Shown: positions 6,947 through 16,402 of the stretch, piece by piece | Layout: every line of letters starts with the position of its first letter | How positions within the stretch are numbered: position 1 is the first letter of the stretch | Source of the DNA: an uncultured virus (IMG/VR IMGVR_UViG_2061766007_002388) | Taxonomy: Duplodnaviria; Heunggongvirae; Uroviricota; Caudoviricetes | DNA length: 20,000 nucleotides | IMG/VR virus record: IMGVR_UViG_2061766007_002388 | Reading direction: 5' to 3' (one strand) | Notes under the pieces: model-generated | Databases searched by the model: none | What the model was told of the DNA's origin: nothing | Seen by the model: the letters and a program-made list of their open reading frames with translations, nothing else | Translations under genes and position numbers: made by a program

Positions 6947-7519
6947 ATGTCTGTGGAAATTATGATGTACGCAGAAGAATTTAATAAGGAAACAAACAAG
7001 TGGGAGATTATTTCCGAAAAATGTTATTGCGACAATTTTAAATGGTATCTTAATGATTATGATGATTATACGGATTTCAGAGTACCTGAAATTTCGGATT
7101 TGTCTGATTTTATTAAAAAAGATTTCAAACTTGAAGATCCAGAAAGAGAAGAATTTTTTTATGACATGAGAATAGCTACGATTGAAGAACTGCGCAATTA
7201 TGCAAATAAATTTATAACAAAATATACAACAACAACCAAAAATATTTTTCTTGCACTAGGTCTTGCCGGTCATAGAGAATCAGACGATGATTATTTTGAT
7301 AATGACAAATACGATGATGATGACAATATCAGAAGTAGTTATAACCCCCTGACATTCCCAGTGAGCAAGGAACTTATTGAAGAGTGGAATACACAAGAAC
7401 TTGATATGATAAAAGCAAGAGAAATTATTGGAATTTGTGATACCATTTTATGTCAGTCAAAATTAGGACATGGAAGCTGGGATGAACAGAATGTAAGAGT
7501 TATTATGTTTAGGGGGTAA
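6947..7519 (+). CDS. Hypothetical acidic protein
   Basis: Long ORF. A G-rich RBS-like tract (GGGGG) precedes ATG 6947. No recognisable family. Confidence 0.7.
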   Translation: MSVEIMMYAEEFNKETNKWEIISEKCYCDNFKWYLNDYDDYTDFRVPEISDLSDFIKKDFKLEDPEREEFFYDMRIATIEELRNYANKFITKYTTTTKNIFLALGLAGHRESDDDYFDNDKYDDDDNIRSSYNPLTFPVSKELIEEWNTQELDMIKAREIIGICDTILCQSKLGHGSWDEQNVRVIMFRG

Positions 7520-7521
7520 AA

Positions 7522-7830
7522 ATGTTTAAATCAGTTAAGGAATTTTTAAAGGGTTTTTTCGAAGGACTTGATTTAGATCATGTTATATTTTTTACATTTT
7601 TTTGGCTTGGGATATGGTCGATTCTTTCCGGAAATATCCCCAGGTTACTTGTGTGCGTGATTATGTGTTTTATTGAATGGATTTTAATTATGAAGGAAAA
7701 TTTGATTGCGGAAATTAAATTGAATCGCGAAATAATTAAAATTCAAGCGGATCGAATTACTGATTTAATATTCGAATTAAATAGCATAAACAATAAGGGG
7801 GAACATGAATCAGATACTCACGAGAATTGA
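7522..7830 (+). CDS. Small membrane protein with 2 TM helices and a C-terminal coiled coil; possible holin
   Basis: Hydrophobic stretches VIFFTFFWLGIWSIL and LLVCVIMCFIEWILIM. AGGGGG RBS. The holin role is speculative. Confidence 0.65.
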   Translation: MFKSVKEFLKGFFEGLDLDHVIFFTFFWLGIWSILSGNIPRLLVCVIMCFIEWILIMKENLIAEIKLNREIIKIQADRITDLIFELNSINNKGEHESDTHEN

Positions 7831-8263
7831 TGTCTGTTCATATACAGATTTTATTAATTTGTTCAGATCATTCAGCGGCTATAAATTATTTCCCCTCGTT
7901 TCGAGTTTCCTAGAAAGTGCAAATCAAATAGATGAAAATCCGATTTCCCATACAATATATTATGATAAAAATGACAATCCAATTGCAATAATAGGTACAT
8001 TATCAGTTTTATCAGATGTAGAATATAAATCAATATATGTATTTGAAATTAATAAAAATTATTTGCACAAAGGTTTGGGCACTTTGATTTTTAAAGATTT
8101 TATAGATGAAAAAGAAAATTATGTTTTATTTGTTTCATCTAAAGATTTAATTAAATTTTACAAACAGTTTGGTTTTGAAATTACAGAACAAAATAAACCT
8201 TATACAATGATTAAAAGAGCAACGTTAAAAATGGAGATTTATAATGGCAGGCAATCGTTCTGA
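7805..8263 (+). CDS. GNAT-family acetyltransferase
   Basis: Motif A-like FEINKNYLHKGLGTLIF and motif B-like LIKFYKQFGF. Confidence 0.75.
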   Translation: MNQILTRIDVCSYTDFINLFRSFSGYKLFPLVSSFLESANQIDENPISHTIYYDKNDNPIAIIGTLSVLSDVEYKSIYVFEINKNYLHKGLGTLIFKDFIDEKENYVLFVSSKDLIKFYKQFGFEITEQNKPYTMIKRATLKMEIYNGRQSF

Positions 8264-9092
8264 AAATACGTATCAAAAAATCAATACAATTTTTAAAAGG
8301 GATAATAAAAATATTATTATGCCTTATGAACACTTTACACAGCCCGAAATAGAATATATGAAAAATTGCCTTTGGCATTGCGAAGAAAAAATTGACGGCA
8401 CCAATATTAGAATTGAAATAATACCTAGAGTTGATTGGGTGGACCGTGTTGGTGTTAAAGGTATTGAGTTTAATGTTGAGTATAAAGGTAAGTCAGATAA
8501 AGCTCAAGTTCCGAATGATCTAATCGAGTATTTAAAAATCAATTTTCCTGAAGATAAAGTATTAGCTGCATTTGACATAAAAAAATATATTTCACTTGAA
8601 GAATTTGCAGACTATGGTTTTACCCATGTTAGATCTAATATTTTCGAACCTCAATGGGTTATTGAGGGTGTTCCGAATGTTATAGATATATACGGTGAAG
8701 GTTACGGTGCAGGAATACAATCCGGTGGTTATTATAGAAAAGATAAAGCTTTTATTCTTTTTGATGTTGCAATTAATAAAAATTATCTCTGCATTAAATC
8801 AAGAAATGAAATTGCTGAGAAGTTAGGAGCTGATATTGTCCCATTTGTGGGAGATATGACAATCCCCGAAGCAATAGAATTTGTTAAAAAAGGATTTGAT
8901 TCACTTATTGCACAAGAAAAACATCTTGCAGAAGGTTTAGTTCTTAGACCCGCATGTGAACGCAATATTATGAATATATTTGGCAGTCGTCTGATTTGTA
9001 AAATTAAAACATGCGATTTCACCAAATATTTTGATACATATCACACTTTCGAAAAAGTCGAGCAAATTCCCAATAAACATATCGAAGAGTGA
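8244..9092 (+). CDS. ATP-dependent RNA ligase (Rnl2-like nucleotidyltransferase domain)
   Basis: Motif I EKIDGTN, then IYGEGYG, FILFDV, EGLVLRP and KIK. GGAG RBS. Confidence 0.85.
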   Translation: MAGNRSENTYQKINTIFKRDNKNIIMPYEHFTQPEIEYMKNCLWHCEEKIDGTNIRIEIIPRVDWVDRVGVKGIEFNVEYKGKSDKAQVPNDLIEYLKINFPEDKVLAAFDIKKYISLEEFADYGFTHVRSNIFEPQWVIEGVPNVIDIYGEGYGAGIQSGGYYRKDKAFILFDVAINKNYLCIKSRNEIAEKLGADIVPFVGDMTIPEAIEFVKKGFDSLIAQEKHLAEGLVLRPACERNIMNIFGSRLICKIKTCDFTKYFDTYHTFEKVEQIPNKHIEE

Positions 9093-9126
9093 AAACGCAC
9101 ATACCATTAAACGGAGGGATTTATTA

Positions 9127-9510
9127 ATGAATTGTTTCTACGTTAAAGATTATAACCATGCGAAGAAAATCTTTACAGAATTTCAGAAGGAATATGATAA
9201 AACAACAGAAGTTATAGAATCTTGTCCAATAATAGGTAAAAAAAGTATTACCCTGAAATGGAAATGCGGAACGGGTGATTGTGGTTTTAATCTGAAATGT
9301 TTTAATGATTTTCACTATGCGCGTTACGATAACAATGCACTTAAAGTTTTTGTTACATTTTGGGCTGATGTATCAGAAGATTCATGCGTTGAACCAAAAG
9401 ATATTCAATTGTATATTGAAAAAGTTAAAAAACGTTCTTTTTTTGAAAAATGGAACGGAAATAAATGGATATGGGTTCGTGGCGATGAAGATATATCAGA
9501 GGAGAAATAA
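9127..9510 (+). CDS. Hypothetical protein
   Basis: GGAGGG RBS at 9112-9117 supports ATG 9127 within ORF 9031..9510. Confidence 0.65.
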   Translation: MNCFYVKDYNHAKKIFTEFQKEYDKTTEVIESCPIIGKKSITLKWKCGTGDCGFNLKCFNDFHYARYDNNALKVFVTFWADVSEDSCVEPKDIQLYIEKVKKRSFFEKWNGNKWIWVRGDEDISEEK

Positions 9511-9511
9511 T

Positions 9512-10156
9512 TTGAATTTCGAAACAATCAAACAAAATATTATTGTAACTATTAGTATTTTGTTAATTGCTATTTTTCATACTCTATATTATTACCATGT
9601 TGAATTACCGCGAGAAAAACGCGATATAAACGCAATTTATTGTAATCAATATATTGAGCAATGTTTTAATAATTTCTTTGTAGAAAACAATTTATGTGAG
9701 TTATATATAGAAGAAAAGAAAACAGAGATCAGAATTAAAGAAAACAGCGATCTCGATAAATTAAATTTTAATAAAGACAAATTACTTTTTATATATAATT
9801 ATTTCATTAAAAGTGATTATGAAAATGTGGCTGATATTATAACAGCACAATCGGCATTGGAAACTGGATGGTGGAGAGATGATTTTCATAATAAAAGGAA
9901 TAATCATTGGAGCCGAAAAATGGTTCCCAATGGCGTAAGTTGCATTGCTGGTGAAAAAAATTGTCTTCTTACACATAAAGATATTCTCGATTCTTGCGTT
10001 GCAATGGAAAAATATTTAAAAAGAAAGGGTTATGGTAATAATAAAGATCAGTATTTGAAAGATATCGTTTCAAAAAGATTTGCGGAAGATCCCAACTATA
10101 TTCCTCTAATTAAAAAAATAGCAGAAAAAATAAATAAATCGATTGAAATCATTTAA
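9512..10156 (+). CDS. GH73-like (FlgJ/glucosaminidase) peptidoglycan hydrolase with an N-terminal TM anchor
   Basis: AQSALETGW (catalytic Glu), NNHWSRK and FAEDPNY (YATDP-like). TTG start after AGGAG at 9500-9504. TM segment IIVTISILLIAIF. Confidence 0.75.
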   Translation: MNFETIKQNIIVTISILLIAIFHTLYYYHVELPREKRDINAIYCNQYIEQCFNNFFVENNLCELYIEEKKTEIRIKENSDLDKLNFNKDKLLFIYNYFIKSDYENVADIITAQSALETGWWRDDFHNKRNNHWSRKMVPNGVSCIAGEKNCLLTHKDILDSCVAMEKYLKRKGYGNNKDQYLKDIVSKRFAEDPNYIPLIKKIAEKINKSIEII

Positions 10157-10169
10157 TTTTTTTCACCCC

Positions 10170-10177
10170 CATAAATA
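10170..10177 (+). promoter_or_regulatory. Late promoter variant CATAAATA
   Basis: Intergenic, 31 nt before ATG 10209, which has a GAGG RBS. Confidence 0.5.
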
Positions 10178-10208
10178 AATTCATAAAAATTTTTGAGGTA
10201 AATTTAAA

Positions 10209-10979
10209 ATGGGAAGATTAAGTGATTATGTCAATGCTATAAAATTTATGGAAAAATATAAAATTGATCCGGATTATGTTTTAATAAACAGGGATCCATT
10301 TTATTTAAATTTAAAACATTGGGATATAAATGGGGAATTTGATGAATTAGATGAAGAAGAAATTCCCGTTAAAATAAATCTTGTTGACGGTTGTTTTATA
10401 ATAAGATCATACGCAACAAATTCAAACTTGAAATCGCTGAAAAATTTTCCCACATATGTAAGGGGAAAATTTGAATTAGAATATTTAAAATATATAGTGA
10501 ATCTAGAAGGTGGCCCAGAATATGTTGGTGATGATTTTTATATAAAGTTATATAATCTAAAATCACTTAAAGGTTGTCCAAAATTTGTTAGAAATAATTT
10601 TGAGTTGAGCACACCAAGTTTAGAATCAATAGATGATTTTCCAACTACTGTTGGAGAAGGAATTGCGATTCACAGTGGTAAAATAAAAGATTTCGGGTGT
10701 GCTTATAAATGCGGAATTGTTAATATGATTCATATTGGTGGCCTCAAAAATCTAGAAAGTTTTGAAGGATTGCCCGCTGCAAGAGCAATTTACATACACC
10801 CCGGCTGTGATGTAAGCAGAATAAAAGATTTTAAACCCCTCAAAGATATTAAAATATTTTATATGGCAGGTAACGGACAAACTAATAATTTAGAAGAATA
10901 CGAATCATATATTCGCGAACAATCAGCACAATATCAAGCACAAGTTCAAACAAAGAGTGAAATTCCACTTGGTTTTTAA
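10209..10979 (+). CDS. Leucine-rich-repeat-like phage protein with LxSLxGxP repeats
   Basis: Repeats about 22 aa apart: LKSLKNFP, IVNLEGGP, LKSLKGCP, LESIDDFP and LESFEGLP. Confidence 0.75.
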   Translation: MGRLSDYVNAIKFMEKYKIDPDYVLINRDPFYLNLKHWDINGEFDELDEEEIPVKINLVDGCFIIRSYATNSNLKSLKNFPTYVRGKFELEYLKYIVNLEGGPEYVGDDFYIKLYNLKSLKGCPKFVRNNFELSTPSLESIDDFPTTVGEGIAIHSGKIKDFGCAYKCGIVNMIHIGGLKNLESFEGLPAARAIYIHPGCDVSRIKDFKPLKDIKIFYMAGNGQTNNLEEYESYIREQSAQYQAQVQTKSEIPLGF

Positions 10980-11021
10980 GTGAATCCCATGTATAATTCA
11001 AATAGTGAACTGCTATTTGGA
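10969..11021 (+). promoter_or_regulatory. Candidate sigma70 promoter (TTGGTT-N17-TATAAT) followed by a hairpin overlapping the RBS
   Basis: TTGGTT at 10969-10974 and TATAAT at 10992-10997. The CAAATAG/CTATTTG inverted repeat at 10999-11019 runs into GGAG. Confidence 0.4.
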
Positions 11022-11029
11022 GTGAATGT

Positions 11030-11881
11030 ATGAATGAAAATAAAACATCAAAAACAGTAGAAGCAATAAAATTTCTTCAAAATGACGTATTTATAAATCG
11101 GCAAATTTTAACACAACGTAAAAATGTTTCAATTACAGAAAAACAACATATTATCCAGGAAAATGGAGAGTTGTTTATTGAATTTATACTTGACAAATTC
11201 GACTCACTAACAATACAACTTCCGCGCAGTAAAACAATTCCACTTAAAATAAAAATAAAAGGTTCTTTTAAAGAATTAACAATATATGATGAAAGTACAC
11301 CACCAGCCGATGTTTCTAAAAATTTCTTAAAAAAATTGCCCGATGAAATTAATGGATCACTTAGCATATACTCAAATAATATTAAAAATCTTGAAGGATG
11401 CCCCGGACTTATTGACGGAAATTTCATCATACAAGTTCCAAAATTAAATTCACTTAAAGGTATTTCAAACACAGTAATAACAGATAAATTTATATTGGAA
11501 CAGGGTGAATTTGAAAATGGATTTGACGAATTTCCCAATTTTATTGGAAATGGCGCTTGCTTTGCTGATTGTAAAATAAAAAACTTTAGAGGGATGGAAA
11601 ACATCAATTCTGTTAATTGTGTCGAATTACGAGAATGTAGAAATCTTGAATCGTTTGAAGGTTTTCCTAAAATTGGCGACAGATTAACCATGTACAATAC
11701 CCCATTAGAGAATGTGAGAACTATTGCATCTCTCGAAGGAAAAGTTGATCTTATTGAATATCAAAACGCATTATTTGAAACATATGAAAATTTCGAAGAA
11801 TTTTTTTATGGTGTTTTAGAAATAAAGAATGCTTTTTTTCCCAATGAAAATGTTTTTCAATGTCAACAGAAAGTGATTTAA
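11030..11881 (+). CDS. Leucine-rich-repeat-like phage protein, paralogue of 10209..10979
   Basis: Repeats LKKLP, IKNLEGCP, LNSLKGIS, IKNFRGME and NLESFEGFP. It shares the N-terminal AIKF and NLESFEG motifs with its neighbour. Confidence 0.75.
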   Translation: MNENKTSKTVEAIKFLQNDVFINRQILTQRKNVSITEKQHIIQENGELFIEFILDKFDSLTIQLPRSKTIPLKIKIKGSFKELTIYDESTPPADVSKNFLKKLPDEINGSLSIYSNNIKNLEGCPGLIDGNFIIQVPKLNSLKGISNTVITDKFILEQGEFENGFDEFPNFIGNGACFADCKIKNFRGMENINSVNCVELRECRNLESFEGFPKIGDRLTMYNTPLENVRTIASLEGKVDLIEYQNALFETYENFEEFFYGVLEIKNAFFPNENVFQCQQKVI

Positions 11882-13504
11882 GAAAAAAACTTTTAAAAAA
11901 TAAGTTTAATCCTAATTGGGAAACATATCTTGCCGATTATGAAAAAGAAATAATTATTTCACATACATCTTTTTTACCAATCAATGTTGACTTTAAAATT
12001 CGATGCAAATATTTCATCTATGAATTAAATGAAACAAAATATTGTCCGGTGTGTGGAAAATTAATAATTCCCGAAAAGGGAAAGGTTAAGTTATTTTGTT
12101 CCAAAGAGTGTATGTATAGCATCATCGGCAAAGAAATTATTAGCAAAAAGCGCAATAATACTAATTTAAAAAAATATGGAAATAGATGTTCACTTCAAAA
12201 TGAAAATATACAAGCTAAGGCAAAAAATACATTTAAACAAAAATATGGTGTTGAAAATTCATTTCAATTAAAAGAAATACAAGCCAAAATAAAAGATTCA
12301 ATTAAATCAAAATATGGTGTTGAAAATATTTCTCAAGTGAATGGAGTGAAAGAAAAGAAAAAAATAACCTGTCTTAGTCATTATGGAGTGGAAAATCCGA
12401 CGCAGGATAAACAAATTAGTCAAATTAAAAAAACAACTCGAAGATACGAAAATTATGAATATTTTATTCAATCTCTGGCAATAAAAAAAATAACACCACT
12501 TTTTTCAAAAAATGAATATGTGAATGCAAATATTGGTGAAAAATTTAAATTTAAATGTGAAAAATGTGGGGAAATTTTTGAGAGAGAATTGAGGAAAAAT
12601 GGATTTGAAATTAGATTAATATATTGTCCCAATAGAATACATTGGTGTTCAACATCTAAAGCAGAACAAGAAATATATGATTGGTTAATTTCAATTGGGA
12701 TAACNNNNNNNNNNGAATAAAAGAGATTGGGATAGTGAAAGAGTTTTTGAAGCAGATTTATATCTCCCTGATTATAAATTAGTTATTGAATATAATGGGT
12801 TATATTGGCATTCGAATTTAAATAAAGACAAAAATTACCATTTTAATAAATGGAAATATTTTAAAGAACAAAATATAGATTGTATTCAAATCTTTGAAAA
12901 TGAATGGAAAGAAAAGAAAGAAATTGTTAAAGGTATTATATTGAATAAACTCAGTAAATGTAAAAAAATATATGCTAGAAAATGTATTGTAAAAGAAATA
13001 TCAAATGATGAATATGAATTGTTTCTTAATCAAAATCATATACAGGGTTACCATCAAGCTAAAGTTAGAGTGGGACTTTATTATGAAAATGAATTAGTTG
13101 AACTAATGTCTTTTTCTAAACCACGTTTCAATAAAAAATATGATTGGGAAAATATAAGGACCTGTACTAAGATCGGTTATCATGTCACTGGTGGGTTTAG
13201 TAAGTTGTTAAAATGCTTCAAGAAAAATTATACAGGAAGTATTATCTCTTATATTGATAGTCGGTATTTTAACGGGAAAGGATATATTTCAAATGGATTT
13301 CGGTACATTAATCATTCTAATCCCAATCATTTCTATTTTAAACCCAGCATTTTTAAATTATATTCAAGAAATATATTTCAAAAACATAAGTTAAAAAACA
13401 AACTTGAAATATATGACGAAAATCTTTCCGAAAGAGAAAATATGTCCATGAATAATTATCTATGGATATATGATTGTGGAAATGATGTTTTAGAACTAAT
13501 CTAA
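11860..13504 (+). mobile_element. Free-standing Hef-like putative homing endonuclease, a single CDS spanning the N gap at 12705-12714
   Basis: Zn-like CPVC..FCSKEC, KYGVEN repeats and CEKC. After the gap, an open frame reads NKRDWDSERVFEADLYLPDYKLVIEYNGLYWHS...IQIFENEW (PD-(D/E)XK/Vsr-like) and continues in frame into the 12941..13504 segment IYARKC...IYDCG. Confidence 0.75.
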
Positions 13505-13508
13505 GAAA

Positions 13509-16310
13509 CTACTCTTCAGAAACAAATTGTAACGAAGCAGTCTGCGCAGTAACACGATATCTCGCAACTAAACGCTTGATGCATCGTGTCATCTTAATGA
13601 TAATATCAACGTAGCAAATGCCTTGAGCTCTGACACTTGCAGGGTTATTCTTATCATCACATTGTATTAATGCCGGCTCCGCAAGACCCCTTCTCATATA
13701 TACACTGCGATAGAACGGAGTTAATGAATTAACTATATCTGATCTCGTAGTTTCATCATTGATTTCAAACAGAATTTTCTTCAGATAATTTTCTGTATTA
13801 ACCTGAAGGTAATTCAGAGTTTTTCTATTGTAAAATTCCGATAAATCACTATTTAAACTACATAAACTCATGGTATCATAAATCATATGTCCATCAGATC
13901 TTTCGTAGATAATCGGGTTCATTCTATCTCTGGTCATATACTCGCGTGTTGTACCATTCGGGTACCAACCAAGTTTAATAACATTAGATAATACACCACG
14001 ACGGGTACCCGCAACAGCATACCATCTTTCAAATAATTTATCAACTCTACTGTTTAAACCAACTGCATCTGATGAACAAGAAATCCAAACATATGAATCA
14101 GTACCAGATTCATAAACCATTTTTGTATTCGCATAGAATGCGATATACTGATTTTCAGCTGAATTATTAACCCACTCTACATAACCACCATCAACAAGTT
14201 TATTGTAACCATCATTTGGATACTGAACACCTCTAAATGTAGAAGCCTTAGGACCGGTTACAACAACACAATCTCCACATCTAACATTTACCGCAAGATT
14301 TATAAGCGCATCTTTTACACGTGCAAGTCCCGCAAATGCACCATCGCAAAGATACTCAATTGCAACACTTGATCTATCTTCAAATGCTTTAAGCGCCTGA
14401 GTAATTGCGTATAAAGCCGAATCATTCTGCTGTATTGAATAATTTACATTATTTGTGGATTTAAGCGGATCAATTTTCGTCGAACTATTACCACCAATTA
14501 ATGCAACAGTATATGGAAGAAAATAAGTACCAGTTTCAGATAATTCGTTTACTTTTATTTCTTTCTTATCTTCATCAATAAATTTTTTATTGATACCAAT
14601 GTAGATATACTGAGAAACTTTGTTTATGCAATCTTCATAGTATTTGGAAAGTCCATTTGCATCTTTTGCTTCTTTATCAACTGAACAAATGTATTTTTCC
14701 ATTGCACTACCATCACCAACAAGAACTACAACTGCAATTTGGTCGGCTTTGTAATTACCATCTTCATCGGTATCTGGTCCATATTCAAAATACTGACTTA
14801 AAAATTCATCATATGCATATGATCCACCTTCTCCACATCTGCTCATTGGAGCAACAAGTACTTCGATCTTTTCTTGCTCAGCCCATTTTCCAGGTGTCTT
14901 AGCAACTACACGACAGAACTCTCTCTTGCTATTTTCCTTATCTTCCTCTTCAATTTTAGCACTCTCAACTGTTACATCTTCAATAACAGTAAAGTTGGGA
15001 CAAATAATTGTACAACCTTCCGCCGTTTGACTCTCTAACAGCTCGTGTTCCTCATCTAAATCAATATAACCCATGGATTTAGATTTTTTAAGTTCGTCAA
15101 CTACTACGATTGTAACCGGCACACCTTCTTCAAAGTATATATTATCATCTTCGTCCAATTTGCCAAATGGAGCGGGAGATACAGTATTGTCCTCATTAAT
15201 TTTTTCACGAACTTTATCTTCAATATTAGTACCACCATAATTAATCAAGTCTTCTTCTCTGAAAGCAACAAGTATATCATCTTTGTTGATAGCTGAAAGT
15301 TTTTCAACAATAATATTAACAACACTTTCATCATGAGTACTTATATAACCAACGCGTTTAATATTCTCTTTAATATTTTCAGTACTTTTAATGAATATAT
15401 TCTGCGCAGTTTCATCAACATCTCCAATAGAATCATCGATATCACTTTCAGGGAGTGCATTCGCAGCTTCTCTAGTACTTATAATATTTTTATTAATCAA
15501 ATAAACATCTGCACGTTCTTCCCAATAATTTTCATTAAGTTGGTCAGAACTCTCAAAGGAAATTATATTTGATAAATTAGTGACTTTTGAAACCGCCATT
15601 ATTCCATTAACATCATCACCTTCTTTGAATTTAACAATAACGGCTCTATCTTTGAGATCATACATTAAAGCATTTCTCATTGCAGATTTAGAAGAATCAT
15701 CTTCATCTGGAACTTCAACACTAGCAAATTTCATTGTACGAGTTTTAGAATCAAATGAATTTATATATTTTTCATCAAAATCCGATTTGTTGTTCAACAT
15801 TAAAATTGCTGGGTTGATATTATCAAGAATGGGTGTTTCTTTTCCACCAAGGAAATCCTCTAAGAATGCTTCCCAAACTTTTTTTCTGTCAGCACCCGAA
15901 GAATACTTATTGTTTATTGCTTTAACAATAGATGTTAAATTAAACTTATTATCAATCCCCGTGCTGTAGCCATTTTCGAAAATAGCCGCCTGGGCATTCT
16001 CACATGACAATGTGCAAGATGAAGTTGATTTATTATAAGATGATTCTGTATCTTCAACTCTTGAAACAACAATGTTACCCGTATAATAGAGAAGATTATC
16101 TATATACGCATAATCCTCCACATTATAATCTTTGTTGGGTTTTCCGTAAATTCTCTCTAAAGTTTCACGATCATCAATTTGTTGAGCAACACCGATCTCA
16201 CCTTTTTCAAATCTCGCCGGAATACCGATTCCGCCAGCTCCGCCAACAGTCATAGTTATGCTGTTGTCAAATTCCTGTTTGTACACACCAGGTCTAATTG
16301 GAATAGCCAT
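13509..16310 (-). CDS. Contractile tail sheath protein, T4 gp18-like, 933 aa
   Basis: N-terminal RPGVYKQEFD and YGKP, then AKTPGKWA, WYAVAGTRRG and MNPII, and a C-terminal FEINDETTR...CDDKNNP..V. AGGAG RBS. Confidence 0.9.
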   Translation of the reverse strand: MAIPIRPGVYKQEFDNSITMTVGGAGGIGIPARFEKGEIGVAQQIDDRETLERIYGKPNKDYNVEDYAYIDNLLYYTGNIVVSRVEDTESSYNKSTSSCTLSCENAQAAIFENGYSTGIDNKFNLTSIVKAINNKYSSGADRKKVWEAFLEDFLGGKETPILDNINPAILMLNNKSDFDEKYINSFDSKTRTMKFASVEVPDEDDSSKSAMRNALMYDLKDRAVIVKFKEGDDVNGIMAVSKVTNLSNIISFESSDQLNENYWEERADVYLINKNIISTREAANALPESDIDDSIGDVDETAQNIFIKSTENIKENIKRVGYISTHDESVVNIIVEKLSAINKDDILVAFREEDLINYGGTNIEDKVREKINEDNTVSPAPFGKLDEDDNIYFEEGVPVTIVVVDELKKSKSMGYIDLDEEHELLESQTAEGCTIICPNFTVIEDVTVESAKIEEEDKENSKREFCRVVAKTPGKWAEQEKIEVLVAPMSRCGEGGSYAYDEFLSQYFEYGPDTDEDGNYKADQIAVVVLVGDGSAMEKYICSVDKEAKDANGLSKYYEDCINKVSQYIYIGINKKFIDEDKKEIKVNELSETGTYFLPYTVALIGGNSSTKIDPLKSTNNVNYSIQQNDSALYAITQALKAFEDRSSVAIEYLCDGAFAGLARVKDALINLAVNVRCGDCVVVTGPKASTFRGVQYPNDGYNKLVDGGYVEWVNNSAENQYIAFYANTKMVYESGTDSYVWISCSSDAVGLNSRVDKLFERWYAVAGTRRGVLSNVIKLGWYPNGTTREYMTRDRMNPIIYERSDGHMIYDTMSLCSLNSDLSEFYNRKTLNYLQVNTENYLKKILFEINDETTRSDIVNSLTPFYRSVYMRRGLAEPALIQCDDKNNPASVRAQGICYVDIIIKMTRCIKRLVARYRVTAQTASLQFVSEE

Positions 16311-16371
16311 GATTTTTCTCCTGTCTTTTCAAAATTAATAATTGTCTCCATAACCATAATTGGTTTGTCTA

Positions 16372-16379
16372 TATTTATG
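16372..16379 (-). promoter_or_regulatory. Late promoter variant CATAAATA for the tail sheath gene
   Basis: TATTTATG on the + strand, intergenic, about 60 nt upstream of the sheath ATG. Confidence 0.55.
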
Positions 16380-16402
16380 TGGGAAATTAATTTATATAAA
16401 TT

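Noticed and set aside
9305..9511. N-terminal extension of the GH73 ORF from 9305 (similarly the starts at 2981, 6395, 6911 and 9031)
   Set aside because: These extensions overlap upstream genes or promoters. Downstream starts at 9512, 3047, 6470, 6947 and 9127 have better RBS or family support.
12705..12940. Pseudogene or two separate genes at 11860..12720 and 12941..13504
   Set aside because: The frame change coincides with a 10-N placeholder gap, and the nuclease motif region after the gap is open and in frame with the downstream ORF.
14900..16050. Intein in the tail sheath gene
   Set aside because: There is no recognisable splice-junction motif (terminal His-Asn followed by Cys/Ser/Thr) and no LAGLIDADG block.
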